Both the position numbers and the translations under genes were made by a program. The notes below the pieces were generated by a model that was given only the letters and a program-made list of their open reading frames with translations, did no database searches and was not told where the DNA came from. Below are positions 52,197 to 64,000 of a DNA stretch of 64,000 bases, piece after piece. How positions within the stretch are numbered: position 1 is the first letter of the stretch; every line of letters begins with the position of its first letter. This DNA is from Octopus sinensis (taxonomy: Eukaryota). The stretch covers positions 45,458,464 through 45,522,463 of the forward strand of contig NC_043011.1 of NCBI RefSeq assembly GCF_006345805.1. The letters run 5' to 3'.

Positions 52197-52770
52197 CAGG
52201 GTGCGGTGAATATATTGTCATCTAAATTACGCAAAAATAAAAATAACACTGACATTTCATTTTAATAGATACATTTACCAAATTACATAAAAATATCTTG
52301 AAATACTGAAGAGTAAATTTATTCAATAAAATCGCCATTGGCTTCAACCACGGCTTCCAGAAGACTTCGGAATCTCCTGCAACTCCTCTGGACAGTTTCC
52401 TTGTTGGTCTCTCACTCAACTGCGCCCCACACATAATAATCAAGTGGGTTGCAATCTGGGGAGTTAAGAGGCCAGATGTTAGGGGTGATGTGGTTGCCCA
52501 ATTTATCTGACAGCCATGATTGGGTTTTCCTGCTTGTGTGGCATAGTGCAGAGTCCTGTTGCCAAACATAGGGTCTCCCAGCAACAAATTTCTTGTCCCA
52601 CGGCATCACTACCTCCTCCAGGTACTTGATGTAGGCCCCCAGGTTGAGTCTGAGGCCGTATGGGAAGATGAACGGAGGCATAACGTCGCTATCACTAGTG
52701 ATCAATCCAAACGCCATGATGTTGACTGGATGTTTGATTTTTATCACTCTCGGTGCATGCACTGTCCTCA
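52197..52770 (-). mobile_element. DD37D (maT-type) transposon 3' remnant
   Basis: TA-CAGGGTG terminal sequence. The ORF KHPVNIMAFG...WQQDSALCH...WPLNSPDCNPLDYYVWG has 37 residues between the 2nd and 3rd Asp. Confidence 0.8.
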
Positions 52771-53113
52771 GATTGACACCCGAACACTCTGAAATGTTCG
52801 TATTGAATATCAAAAACCTCCTTAAGCCAAGAAACCAAGAATCCATTAGCAAGTGCAACTGCTCGAGTATTCAGGACAACTTAGAAAAACGAGACCACAA
52901 GATGTAAAAGATTCATAGACAACAAACATATCAGACATAAACCTCCATCATCAGCTGCCAAACACGTATCCGTATTGTTTCGACACATGAGCAGAACTAT
53001 TCAATTCGGCGGTGACAACAACGTTAAAAATAAACGCTGCTTGCGAATTGATAGAAAAGAAGGAGCATAACATTAACTTAATATGTCAATTACTCCTACC
53101 TGTATCTGCTTAT

Positions 53114-53420
53114 GGAGGCAAATGGCCTAGCGGTTAGAACAGCGGACTCGCAGTCGAGAGATCGCGGGTTCGAATCTCAGACCAGGCGATGTATGTGTTT
53201 ATGAGCGAAACACCTGAGCTCCACGCGGCTCGGGCAGAAGGTAATGGCGAACTTCTGCTGACTCTTACACCACAACTTTCTCTCACACCTTCCTCCTTCA
53301 TCTAGCAGCTCACCTGTGATGGAACGGCGTCCTTTCCAGGTGGGGAACCTGTACGGCAATGAAATTGGGGAAACCGGCACTTAAGAGACTGGCATGGCCC
53401 GTGAAGGAACAAACGACATC
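53114..53420 (+). mobile_element. SINE family C variant
   Basis: Head GGAGGCAAATGGCCTAGCGGTTAGAACAGCGGACTCGC...GGGTTCGAATCTC. Confidence 0.75.
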
Positions 53421-53828
53421 ATATCTGCTTATTATTATAAATACAAACATCAAATCTCAGACATAAATCGTTTCATACAGATAGCTACGAAGCACAGAAA
53501 CTGAAATAGCACTTACAAAACAGAAATATCTTCAAAAAGGACATTGATACACCAAAGATTAAAATACACTAGCGAACTAAATGTATTGAGCAAAAATTAT
53601 TGAACTTAGTGAATCACACTGGTTACTAATATATAAAACGGAAAATAATAAACTAAGGAATAACCAAACGAGAACCAAACGAGAAATATATGGATTAATT
53701 TTTTTTAAATCCACAAACCAGTAGACATGGCTACTCCACATTTATTCCAAATACGAAAACATAATTAAAACGAACTGAATGGAAACTCGTTGAATAAAAT
53801 ATCACTTCAAATGTCCAGCATAGGTCAA

Positions 53829-53927
<99 letters not shown>

Positions 53928-54194
53928 TTTTTCCTCTTCCCCTTTTTTCCCCTTTTTCCTCTTTTTTCATTTCTCTTTTCTTTTGTTCCTTTCCCTTTCT
54001 TTTTTTTTCTTTTATTCTTTTTATTTTTTATTCTATTTTTTTTCTCTTTTTTTATTTTTTTTGTTCTTTTCTTCCCTTTTACGATCCCTCTTGATCGAAA
54101 ACCTACGCCACCCCCTTTTTTTCATCCCCCAAAAGAAAAGCTCTACCTTGTAACTTGTCCCATCTGTGTGCAGCCCTGTGTGACCAATAAAGAA

Positions 54195-54234
<40 letters not shown>

Positions 54235-54249
54235 CTCTCTCTCTCTCTC

Positions 54250-54333
<84 letters not shown>

Positions 54334-54385
54334 ATATATAATATATATATGTATATATATATATATTATCTGTATGTTTATAAAC

Positions 54386-54429
54386 TTACCTGAAGACTGT
54401 GCATCCACAGGCGAAACTCAGGGTAGCAA
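54386..54429 (+). ncRNA. Hammerhead-like motif (degenerate) between (TA)n tracts
   Basis: TTAC-CTGAAGA-CTGTG-catc-CACAG-GC-GAAA-CTC-a-GGG-TA-GCAA. Confidence 0.4.
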
Positions 54430-54449
54430 AAGATTGACTCGGCTAAAAT

Positions 54450-54526
<77 letters not shown>

Positions 54527-55163
54527 AGAAGAACAACAACAACAACAAGAAGTGTGCCTATTCTTCCCTTCTCTCGTGTTCACGTTACACCATCCACTTG
54601 TCTTCCTATTACACGGTCCACATGTCTTCAGTCCCACGTGACACTGTCTCCTTCAACTCAAATGACATGTTGTTGCCAGCTCAATAGAGAGAAACACTTT
54701 CGTCTGTTCTGGTGGTGTTGGGGGGGGGGCGGTGTGGAGGGGATAATCGTGATAAATTAATTACTTCTCATCACGCTTAAAGCATATTAAACGGTGGTTT
54801 AGACAACGGCAAAACAAGACAAACAATATGAAGCAATGAGGGGGTCACTTCGTCAATGAATCTAAACCGGGTTCCATATGACACTTGGGTAGTTAGGGGG
54901 TTGCCATATAAGATATGTTTATGTTATAGTTTATGAACAATAAATTGGTTACACTTCTACAATGCAAAAAAATATTTGACCAGTTTTTATCTAGACAGGC
55001 ACAGGTGTAGCTGTGTGGTAAAAAGTTTGCTTCTTAACCACATGGTTCCGGGTTCAGTCCAATTGCGTGACACCTTGTCAAAAGTGTCTTTTTCTATAAC
55101 CTGGGACCGACCAAAGCCTTGAGAGTGAATTTAGTAAACGGAAATTGAAAGATGCCTATCGTG

Positions 55164-55205
<42 letters not shown>

Positions 55206-55299
55206 ATTATTATTTGAGGGAATAAAATCCAAACTTACAAGGAAAAAAATTCAATTTAGAAATATTAAATCAAATTTCACACAATATAATATATATATC

Positions 55300-55372
55300 G
55301 CCCGGCTAGCTCAGTCGGTAGAGCACGAGACTCTTAATCTCGGGGTCGTGGGTTCGAGCCCCACGTTGGGCG
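55300..55372 (+). tRNA. tRNA-Lys-CTT: tRNA-Lys, anticodon CTT
   Basis: 73-nt GCCCGGCTAGCTCAGTCGGTAGAGCACGAGACTCTTAATCTCGGGGTCGTGGGTTCGAGCCCCACGTTGGGCG. It has a complete cloverleaf and intact A/B boxes. It differs from the vertebrate sequence (as I recall it) by a compensated C27-G43 pair. Confidence 0.97.
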
Positions 55373-55377
55373 TATTC

Positions 55378-55382
55378 TTTTT
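55378..55382 (+). terminator. Pol III terminator (T5) of tRNA-Lys
   Basis: TTTTT begins 6 nt after the tRNA 3' end. Confidence 0.8.
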
Positions 55383-55440
55383 AAATGGCGGTGCCCCAGC
55401 ATGGCCACAGCTCGTGAGCTGAAACTAGAATCAATCAATC
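55383..55440 (+). mobile_element. 58-bp LINE 3'-tail fragment abutting the tRNA terminator
   Basis: AAATGGCGGTGCCCCAGCATGGCCACAGCTC.T.AGCTGAAACT.GAA(TCAA)n matches the LINE end at 63730-63800. Confidence 0.8.
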
Positions 55441-55519
55441 ATATAAAAAATTAGAAAAAACCCACCTTTTTTTAAAAATTTAAATTTTTTAAAAGGTTTA
55501 ATAAAAAATAACAACTAAT

Positions 55520-56711
55520 TAATCAATAATGCATTAACCCTTGTTGTTTACAACTTCTTCCCAACGTTCAACAAGATTTTCAATACCTCGTTGGTAGAAA
55601 TCACCCGATTTCGACTCGAAAAATTGATCCTACCAAGCTCTCAATTCTGCATCAGTATTGAACGAAATTCCTTGCATAGCATTTGAAAGAGATCGAAAGA
55701 GGTGGAAATCCGTTGATGCCAAATCAGAAGAGAACGGTGGGTGTGGCAGCACTTCCCAGCCATGCGTTTGAATGGCTTCCTTGGTCATATTGGCGATATG
55801 AGGGCGGGCGTTGTCGTGCAGCAGAAGAACTCCATGCTGCCGACTAGGTCTTTTCTCTTGAATAGCTGTGTTGAGTCGTTCCATCTGTTGAACATAGAGT
55901 TCTGCGTTGACCGTTTGGTTCCGTTCAAGCAATTCGTAATGGATAATCCCTTTCCAGTTCCACCCTAAGCACAACATCGTTTTACGCGGATCTTGTTTCA
56001 CGCGCAGTGTCGCTTATTTACCAGGGCTATGCCATTCCTTACGTTGCTTCATATTGATGTACAGGCACCATTTTTCGTCGCCAGTAACGATTCGGTAAAG
56101 AAATCGTTGCTGGTGTCCATGAGTTGAGCAGTGACGAGCAAGCAAACCAACGGAGATTGTGACTCGTTGATTTTTGTTGTTGTCACTTAAAGTATGCGGA
56201 ACCCATGCTCCATACTTCTGAACCTTTCCCATCGAGTGAAGATGCTTCTCTATAGCAGTTTGGGAGCATTCCATTTTCTCTGCCAGTTCCCTTGTCGTTT
56301 GACGACAATCTTCGTGCAAAAGTTGGTTTGATCGCTCTTCATTGAACTCAACTGGACGGCTAGAACAAAGTGCGTCTTTGAGGTCAAAATTTCCATTTTT
56401 GATCTTGGCATACCAATCACGATCGGTTCTTTCAGCTATGGCACCCTCTCCATACACAGTACAAATGTCGCGAGCAGCTTTGCGGCCTTAGAACCTTGAT
56501 TAAAAGCAAAAAGAAGGAGGTGTCGAAAATGCTCGTTTTTCTTAACTTGACATTCCATTTAAATGATCAGAAAATAAACAAAAATTAACTAAAATTAACT
56601 AAAATTAACTAGAAAAAAAAAAGATTCCAAAGTGATTCAAAAATAGAATTCTCGAAAAAAAAAGAAATTCCAAAATTTTAAAAAACTGCGGGAACTTAGT
56701 TGCCAACCAAA
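55520..56711 (-). pseudogene. mariner (DD34D) transposase, near full length, with stop codons
   Basis: Motifs WVPHTL, IVTGDEKW, LLHDNARPH and PPFSSDLASTDFHLF (34 residues D-D). The 5' TIR TTGGTTGGCAACTAAGTTCCCGCAG is at the 56711 end. The 3' TIR is not recognisable. Confidence 0.9.
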
Positions 56712-56732
56712 TAATTATAAAATATGACAACA

Positions 56733-56800
56733 TCTCTGACAGCTGTTTCGATTCAATAATCTTTAGATTATTAATTTATAAAATCAAAATCTTCAGAGTT
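56733..56800 (-). ncRNA. Hammerhead-like motif with extended AT-rich stem II (degenerate)
   Basis: Minus strand reads CTGAAGA, a 40-nt insert with hairpin AATAATCT-aa-AGATTATT, then GAAA-CAGCTG-TC. Confidence 0.45.
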
Positions 56801-57490
56801 AGTAAAATTTATATATATGCATGTGTGTGTGTAAGACATGTTGACTGTGTAATAGGAATGTGTGTGTCTTTGTGAATGTTTGTCCCCCACCACCACCATC
56901 GCTTGACAACCGATGTTGGTGTGTTTACGTTCTCGTAAGCGAGCGGTTCGGCAACAGAAACCAATAGAATAAGTACTGGGCTTACAAAGAATAAGTCCTG
57001 GGGGTCGTTTCATTCGACCAAAATAATAAGTTCAGGGGATGCTGCAGCATGGCCGCAGTCTAATGACTGAAACGAGTAAAAGAGATGGAAAGGTTCCTAA
57101 TATTATTTAATTATAATTATACTATAAGGTTTTTTTTAAAACATTGGATGGCTATGGGGGTCCACCCGAATAAAATAGGGATCAAAGGGTCCATAGGTAA
57201 AAAAAAAATGATTATTCACTGCTCTATGTGTTACTTGGCCTACTAGAAATAGCAGTTACTTTTCCCTCAAATTACTCCTTACCGTTTAAGGAAAGCACAC
57301 ATTGGATAATATGGTTCTGCGTTCTTTACACATAGGAAAAAGAAGGGACGGCTATGGTTAGAATGTCTTCTTGATTAGGGTTGACCTGGGGCTAAACAGC
57401 AATAACAGCGACAAATATCACAACAAACGCAACAACCTCAGAATCAATCATAAACACCACCACCACCACTACCACCACCACCACCACCAC

Positions 57491-57540
<50 letters not shown>

Positions 57541-58079
57541 GCTACTAGCACTGCCGCCACCGCCGCCACCATCACCATCAAACAACAATAACAACCTGAA
57601 CAACTGTAACCAGTAGAACAGTAAATACAACAGCCTACACCACCATAACAACAATAACAACAAAAAGCAACAACAACAGGTTCGTCACAACAGTATTAGT
57701 AACAACATCAACATGTAGAAAAGAATACACAATAACAACTGTCAGCTCTGCTGTCCGCCATTAACATGCAGACGACAAAGTGAAAAACATAATCACGTGT
57801 AATATTCATAATATGGCGGCAATGTTTTTTAGTCAGATCACGCAAACTGTACACTGTTTATTTTCCCGTGATATTTCCTCATTTCTTCCCTCCACCCACC
57901 TTTATTTATTCATTTTTTACGTCCTTTATTCATTTTATTTGTTGGTTCTTTCTTTCTGCCTCTCTTTCCGTTTTACGTTCTTCGTTTTATTTTTGCAGTT
58001 GCGAATATCAAATTTCGCTATATTTTTTAATCAAATTTTCAAATTAAAAATTGTTTTGAAAAGTATCAATTAATATTCT

Positions 58080-58110
<31 letters not shown>

Positions 58111-58289
58111 TTCATTTATGTAATCTTTTTTTTTTAATAAGGAGAGTGAGTGAGAGAAAAAGAGAGATGGGGGTCACATCTACTTTAATTTTAATATTTT
58201 AGAAATGTGGAGGAGAGTTGATGTTTTTTAAAAAAAAAAACTGAAATAAGAAAAAAGAAAACAGGAAGAAAAAAAGCGTAAGAAAATAG

Positions 58290-59353
58290 AGACGGGGAGA
58301 AGAAGAGAGAGAGATGAAGAAGAGAGAGAGAGAGAGGGGAGAAGAAGAGGGAGTGGGAGAAGAAGAGAGAGAGGGGGAGAAGAAGAGAGAGAGGTGGAGA
58401 AGAAGAGGGAGTGGGAGAAGAAGAGAGAGAGGGGGAGAAGAAGAGAGAGAGGTGGAGAAGAAGAGGGAGTGGGAGAAGAAGAGAGAGAGGGGGAGAAGAA
58501 GAGAGAGAGAGGGAGAAGAAGAGAGAGAGGGGAGAAGAAGAGAGAGAGATGGAGAAGAAGAGAGAGAGATGGAGAAGAAGAGAGAGAGATGGAGAAGAAG
58601 AGAGAGAGGTGGAGAAGAAGAGAGAGAGGGGGAGAAGAAGAGAGAGAGGGGGAGTGTGTGTGTGTGTGTGTTTACATGTGTGCTATATGTGTTTGTGTGT
58701 CTGAGTGTGTGCCTCTCAGTGTATGTAGCTGTGCGTGTGAGCGTCTGTGTGTATGTGGTTGTGTGTGTGGGTGTGTGGGTGAGCGTCTGTGTGTGTATAT
58801 CTGCGTGTGAGAGAGAAAGCGTGAGAGTATATGTATGTGTGTATGTGTGTTTGAGTGTGTGCCTCTGTGTGTATGTGGTTGTGTGTGTGGGTGAGCGTCT
58901 GTGTGTGTGTGTATATCTGCGTGTGAGAGAGAAAGAGTGAGAGTATATGTATGTGTGTATGTGTGTTTGAGTGTGTGCCTCTGTGAGTATGTGGTTGTGT
59001 GTGTGGGTGTGTGGGTGAGCGTCTGTGTGTGTGTGTATATCTGCGTGTGTGAGAGAAAGAGTGAGAGTATATGTGTGTATATGTATGTGTGTGTGTGTGT
59101 GTGTGTATCTATTTGTGTGTGAGAAAGAGAGAGGAAGAGGCTCTCCATCTGCACCTCCACACTCTTTTTTCTCTCCAACCTATATTTTTTTTGTCTTGCA
59201 GTTTTTTTTTGTCTCTCCTTTTAGAGTGATGTTGTTTTCTGTATGGCGTGTGGTGGAGGGAATGGGTAGGGAATGATACGAAAGGAAAACATGTGAGAAA
59301 GAAGAAGACAACCATGACAACAATGATGATGATGATGGTGATGATGATGATGG

Positions 59354-59390
<37 letters not shown>

Positions 59391-59422
59391 AATGCTAATG
59401 GTGATGATGCTAATGGTGGTGG

Positions 59423-59455
<33 letters not shown>

Positions 59456-59488
59456 CGATGATGATGAGGAGGAGGAAAATGCTAATGG

Positions 59489-59520
<32 letters not shown>
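58290..59520. repeat. GA-rich minisatellite, GT-derived repeat and (GAT)n tract
   Basis: Read directly. Confidence 0.9.
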
Positions 59521-59522
<2 letters not shown>

Positions 59523-59799
59523 GTTGTTAAAATTTATGAGCAATAAATTGGTTTATACTTCTATACTACAAAAAAATGTTTTACCAGATTTTTCTACATA
59601 GGTGCAGGTGTGGCTGTGTGGTAAGAAGTTTGATTCCCGGCCACGTGGTTCCGGGTTCAGTTATTTGCTTTCCCAAAAATTTCAGTTAGTTGATATTATT
59701 ATTATTAGAGTTCTCTCCCTTTGTTGTTACTTTTAGACTTTAAACATCGACCAGGTGAAGCTTTTACCCACTGACACATGTGTAATCTTAGCTACCGTA

Positions 59800-60393
59800 T
59801 TTTCGGCATAGAAGTCGAATTTTTCAGACTGCATTTGACCCAGACTGCCTTCTTCCAACTGTTAAACATGGATGAGAATCTGTGATGATCTGGGGGGGGG
59901 GGGCTATATCTTGGATATCCGCCGGCCCAATGGTTTCCCTTCATGGCAGAATTAATAGTCAAGACTATCTAAGCATTTTATCTGATCAAATTCATCGTGT
60001 GGTTGCGAAACTGTTTCCGGAGGGAAACGCAATCTTTCAGGATGATAATACATCACTTCACACAGCTAAAGTTGTTACTGAATGGCACGGGGAACATTTT
60101 AGTGAAGTTGAACATCTTATCTCACCACCACAGTCCCCAGATCTCAATATCATTGAACATTTATGGTGCATTTTAGAAAAACAAGTAAGGAGTCGATATC
60201 CTCCACCATCATCACTACAAGAATCGGAGACTGTTTTAGCTGAAGAATGGACAAAAATTCCTTTGGGAACAATTCAAACTTTATATGAGTCCATACCGCA
60301 TAGAATTCAAGCTTCCCAAAGGTGGTCCTGTCCCATATTAAGATAAATTTGTTTGAAATTTTAAAGTGTTTCCATTATTTTCTCCAACCCCTG
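59800..60393 (+). mobile_element. Tc1-like (DD36E) element 3' half with transposase remnant
   Basis: ORF 59882-60346 MIWG...FQDDNTSLH...SPDLNIIEHLW has 36 residues D-E. The 3' TIR GTGTTTCCATTATTTTCTCCAACCCCTG is followed by TA. Confidence 0.88.
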
Positions 60394-60658
60394 TATGTGT
60401 GTGTGTGTGTTGGACTCTCCTGCTTTTGCCGAACGACCTACACAAATGTGATCAATCGCGCCGCACATTAGCTCATTGTCTCCATCAAACGACGTTGTCT
60501 GAACAGGTGCACAGTGTGCCGCGCTGTGTCAGGTGTCGAAGTCCTCGCAGCGCGGCGCGAGATAAAGTGTTTTGTTCAAGAACACAATGCACCATCCGGT
60601 CTAGAAATTGAAATCACAATATATATGCGCCGCGCCCTCATTTATATATATATATATA

Positions 60659-60732
<74 letters not shown>

Positions 60733-60923
60733 ATTTTGTTTTTATGCTTTCGTTTCTCATTGTGTTTCTCATTGCGTTTCTCATTGCGTTTTTTTTTATG
60801 TCCTGTACCCATATATGCATGTATATATATACATATATATGTAGGTATGTACATATATGTATGTATATATGCATATATTTATATATTATTTATATTATTA
60901 TATGATCAAACTCCACGCGTGGC

Positions 60924-61122
60924 GTTTTTGTATCGTCTTCTAAATGTTTTACGTTCTTGTCCCAGTTTGTATTTTTCTACATATAATATATATAGCGGCG
61001 CCCGTACCCCCTTTGGCCTTGTATGTAAGTACATATTCCTTTAAATTTGGTACGACTCTATAACACTGTCTCTCTCTCCTACATTTCTCTGCCTTTCACA
61101 CTTTGCACTCTACTTTGATCTG

Positions 61123-61163
<41 letters not shown>

Positions 61164-61857
61164 CTCCTCCTTTTCTCTTTTCTTGCCTCTGATTCTTTGG
61201 TCTCCTCTTCCCCCACTCTCTCACATTTCTCTGTCTTTCTCACTTTGCACCTCACTGATTCTGTCGCCAAGCCAATCCTTGGCACGCTCTCTTTCTTCTC
61301 CCCTCTTTAATTCCTTCTTTCTCTCTCTTCTCCCCCCTTTGGTGCCTTCGTCCCTTTTTTTCTCTCTCTCTCTTTGATTCCTTTGCCCCCTTTTTTTTCT
61401 CTCTCTTCTCCTCTCACGTGACCGCTGGTCAACCAGCCTTTCGGCTTCTAACCAACGCCACGAGAACATCGTTGTCTTCATCTGCCGAAAAAGGCATTTT
61501 TTTCCAAATACGCCAGTTAAACTAAGTTGTACTGTCTATAGTCGTAAGACACCCACTGTTTTTGTCCTGTTATTACTGTTATTGTTTTTTGTATTTATAT
61601 TCGCGTGACATCGTCCGTTATTCTGTCCTTGTTTCGTATACATTCGATTCTTTTTCCAAGAAATCTAATGCTCGTAGCTTAGTTTTTCCTTGGGGCTGGC
61701 CGGATCGGAGCGATCTCAAGATTAATCTGCCGAAATTGCGAGGATGATCCGGTTCTTGACTGAAGATTGAAGGCTTCGAATGTCCAGTCCGTGTTTTTTG
61801 TATCGTCTTCTAAATGTTTTACGTTCTTGTCCCAGTTTGTATTTTTCTACATATAAT
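60924..61857 (+). mobile_element. Non-coding element bounded by a ~64-bp identical direct repeat
   Basis: TTTTTGTATCGTCTTCTAAATG...TTTTCTACATATAATA occurs at 60924-60987 and 61794-61857. The 3' part is paralogous to 20560-20910. Confidence 0.6.
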
Positions 61858-61859
61858 AA

Positions 61860-61933
<74 letters not shown>

Positions 61934-62802
61934 TGTATGTATTAACGTGTGTGTCTTTGTTTCTGATTGTCCCCTTACGACCGCTTGACAACAGGTGTTG
62001 GTGTGTTTACGTCCCTATAATCTAGCGGTTCGGCAAAACAGACCGATAGTATAGGGAGGAGGCTTTAAAAAAATTCAAGTATTGAGGTCGATTTGTCCGA
62101 CAAAGACCCTTCAAGACGATGCTCCAGTATGACCGCAGTCAAATGTCCGGGAAGCTTTTGATACCACATCGTACATACAAAGTCTTTTTTGTTTTGTTTT
62201 GTTTTGTTTCGTTTTTGCCCAGTCGTTACCACGGTGTAGAAGATCTACAGGTGTTGATATACATCTTGTTTAAAGCTTATTCGGGAAGAAAAAAAAGAAA
62301 AAACGAATAATAAAAGAAGAAAAAAAATTAGAAATTCTATTTGTTTGGGAACGCAATACATTACGTTTCCTTATCTTGGAATCATTGATTTATAAATGTT
62401 TATATATATATATATATTGAGGATGTGTATAAAATATGTGCATATTTTGCGAGCAATCCCCTTCACAGCTGTCAACATAGAAAAGAACATTGTGACCTGA
62501 TACGAGACAAGCAGAGTTATGTGTCTTAAGCAGCGAAACAGCACCATTGCAAGGGCGTAGAAAGTTTTGAGCTTCCGACCATACATACACACATACACAG
62601 ATATATATATACAAATATATATACTTTTCTAAGTAGGCGAAAAGAAATTGGAAGAGGGCACTTCCCACGCGTTGGGTAATCCTGGTCGTTTGCGTGAGAT
62701 TTTACCCGAATTACCCAAAGTAGACTGTTCTGCTTTATGTTTCTCTAAATTCTATTTATATCTCCTTTGTTATATCCTTTAATTTTGTAGTATCTACCTT
62801 TG

Positions 62803-62904
<102 letters not shown>

Positions 62905-63350
62905 TCTTTTATTTGTTTCAGTCATTCGACTGCGGCCATGCTGGAACACCGCTTTTAGTCGAGCAAATCGTTTAAGGGTTATTTGCAGGAGTGAATTATT
63001 CAAACCCCAAAGAATTCCTCGGCACATGGCTATGATGCTTCCCGGCTATTTCTGCTCGTGATCAGAGATGAACATATCGTCAGCCACCAAATGATATGCT
63101 CGACTGGTTAAGGTCGAACAAGTGACAAGCAAATCTGTGGTATTGACCAGAATATTTGCTGTAGCTCATCGGGCTGATACTAAAGAGCAGACGATAGCTG
63201 TATTTTTGCCGGAAAAAGGGACAAAAAGGCCAACAGAACCAATTTTTTCGAGAAAGATCTCTTAGAATATCTTCGGAAAAGCAAAGGCTTCGTTTTTGAC
63301 AACATTGTTCGAAATCAGAACAGCTATTTAGAAAATGTAAACAACGTAAA

Positions 63351-63800
63351 TGCCATAATATATATCTGGAAGATCCTGGAAGGTCTTGTCCCAGACTTTG
63401 GCATCGAGAGTCACACAAATGCCAGAACCGGACGCCACTGCGTAGTACCAAGGACTCCAAATTTGCCATCAAGATGTAGGACAAGATATTGTGATAGCCT
63501 GGGCTTCAGAGGCCCACGGATCTTCAATATCCTCCCGAAGAACCTGAGGAACCTGCATGGTGTGGATGCGGATGTCTTTAAAGTAGGACTGGATCTCTTC
63601 CTGTCAGGTGTCCCGGATGAACCAACTTCATGGCAGGAGGCGCAGATGAGGGCAGCTGCATCGAACTCTCTCATGCATCAGATGGCGTTTGCTAAAAAGC
63701 ATCCGTGAGGTAAAACCGTGTAGCAAACCAAATGGCGGTGCCCCAGCATGGCCACAGCTCATTAGCTGAAACTGGAAAATCAAAATCAAGATCAATCAAA
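63351..63800 (+). mobile_element. CR1-group LINE 3' end (ORF2 C-terminus, 3'UTR and (AATC)-like tail)
   Basis: AIIYIWKILEGLVPDFG...SLGFRGPRIFNILP...FKVGLDLFLSGVPDEP...AASNSLMHQ* is typical of a CR1-group C-terminus. Its tail is shared with SINE A 3' ends. Confidence 0.85.
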
Positions 63801-64000
63801 ATCAAAACGAAAACCCTTTCGTGAGCGAAGCAACGGACGGGTTGAGTACAAGTAACAACAACAACAACACAACAACAACGGCTACATTAAAAGCAACAAC
63901 AACAATGATAAAAACAATAAAGGTGGTGAGACACAAACCGGTGCAACGACTTGGATTAGCTCTTCTAAACTTTCTTTCGCTGGAGTAGCTAAGTCATTTC

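Overview
This is repeat-dense, AT-rich eukaryotic non-coding DNA. The SINE families, microsatellite load and CR1/Penelope/mariner mix point to an octopus (Octopus sp.) genome; this is inferred from sequence style, not from a database search. There is a 100-N gap at 7414-7513, and scattered single-base indels suggest long-read consensus error. No intact host protein-coding gene can be supported, and almost all long ORFs in the track are microsatellite translations. Well-supported features are: one intact tRNA-Lys(CTT) gene (55300-55372); a near-full-length frameshifted Neptune-type Penelope-like retroelement (PLE) with an inverted 5' pseudo-LTR (32905-36633); decayed Tc1/mariner elements of the DD34D, DD36E and DD37D types; pogo/Tc2 and hAT MITEs; a non-autonomous Helitron; CR1-type LINE 3' ends; and dozens of tRNA-derived SINE copies in four families (my labels A-D). 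The most interesting signal is at least four distinct families of hammerhead-ribozyme (HHR)-like motifs in PLE and PLE-derived mini-elements. They include two families with a compensated U3-A8 core, one with very long stem II insertions and one with U at core position 6. All have palindromic stem III, and most sit in (TA)n tracts. A few frame-preserving + strand micro-exon candidates, one of them triplicated, may belong to a large-intron gene but are unproven. All structures were paired by eye, and SINE/repeat boundaries are approximate (about 10-20 bp).
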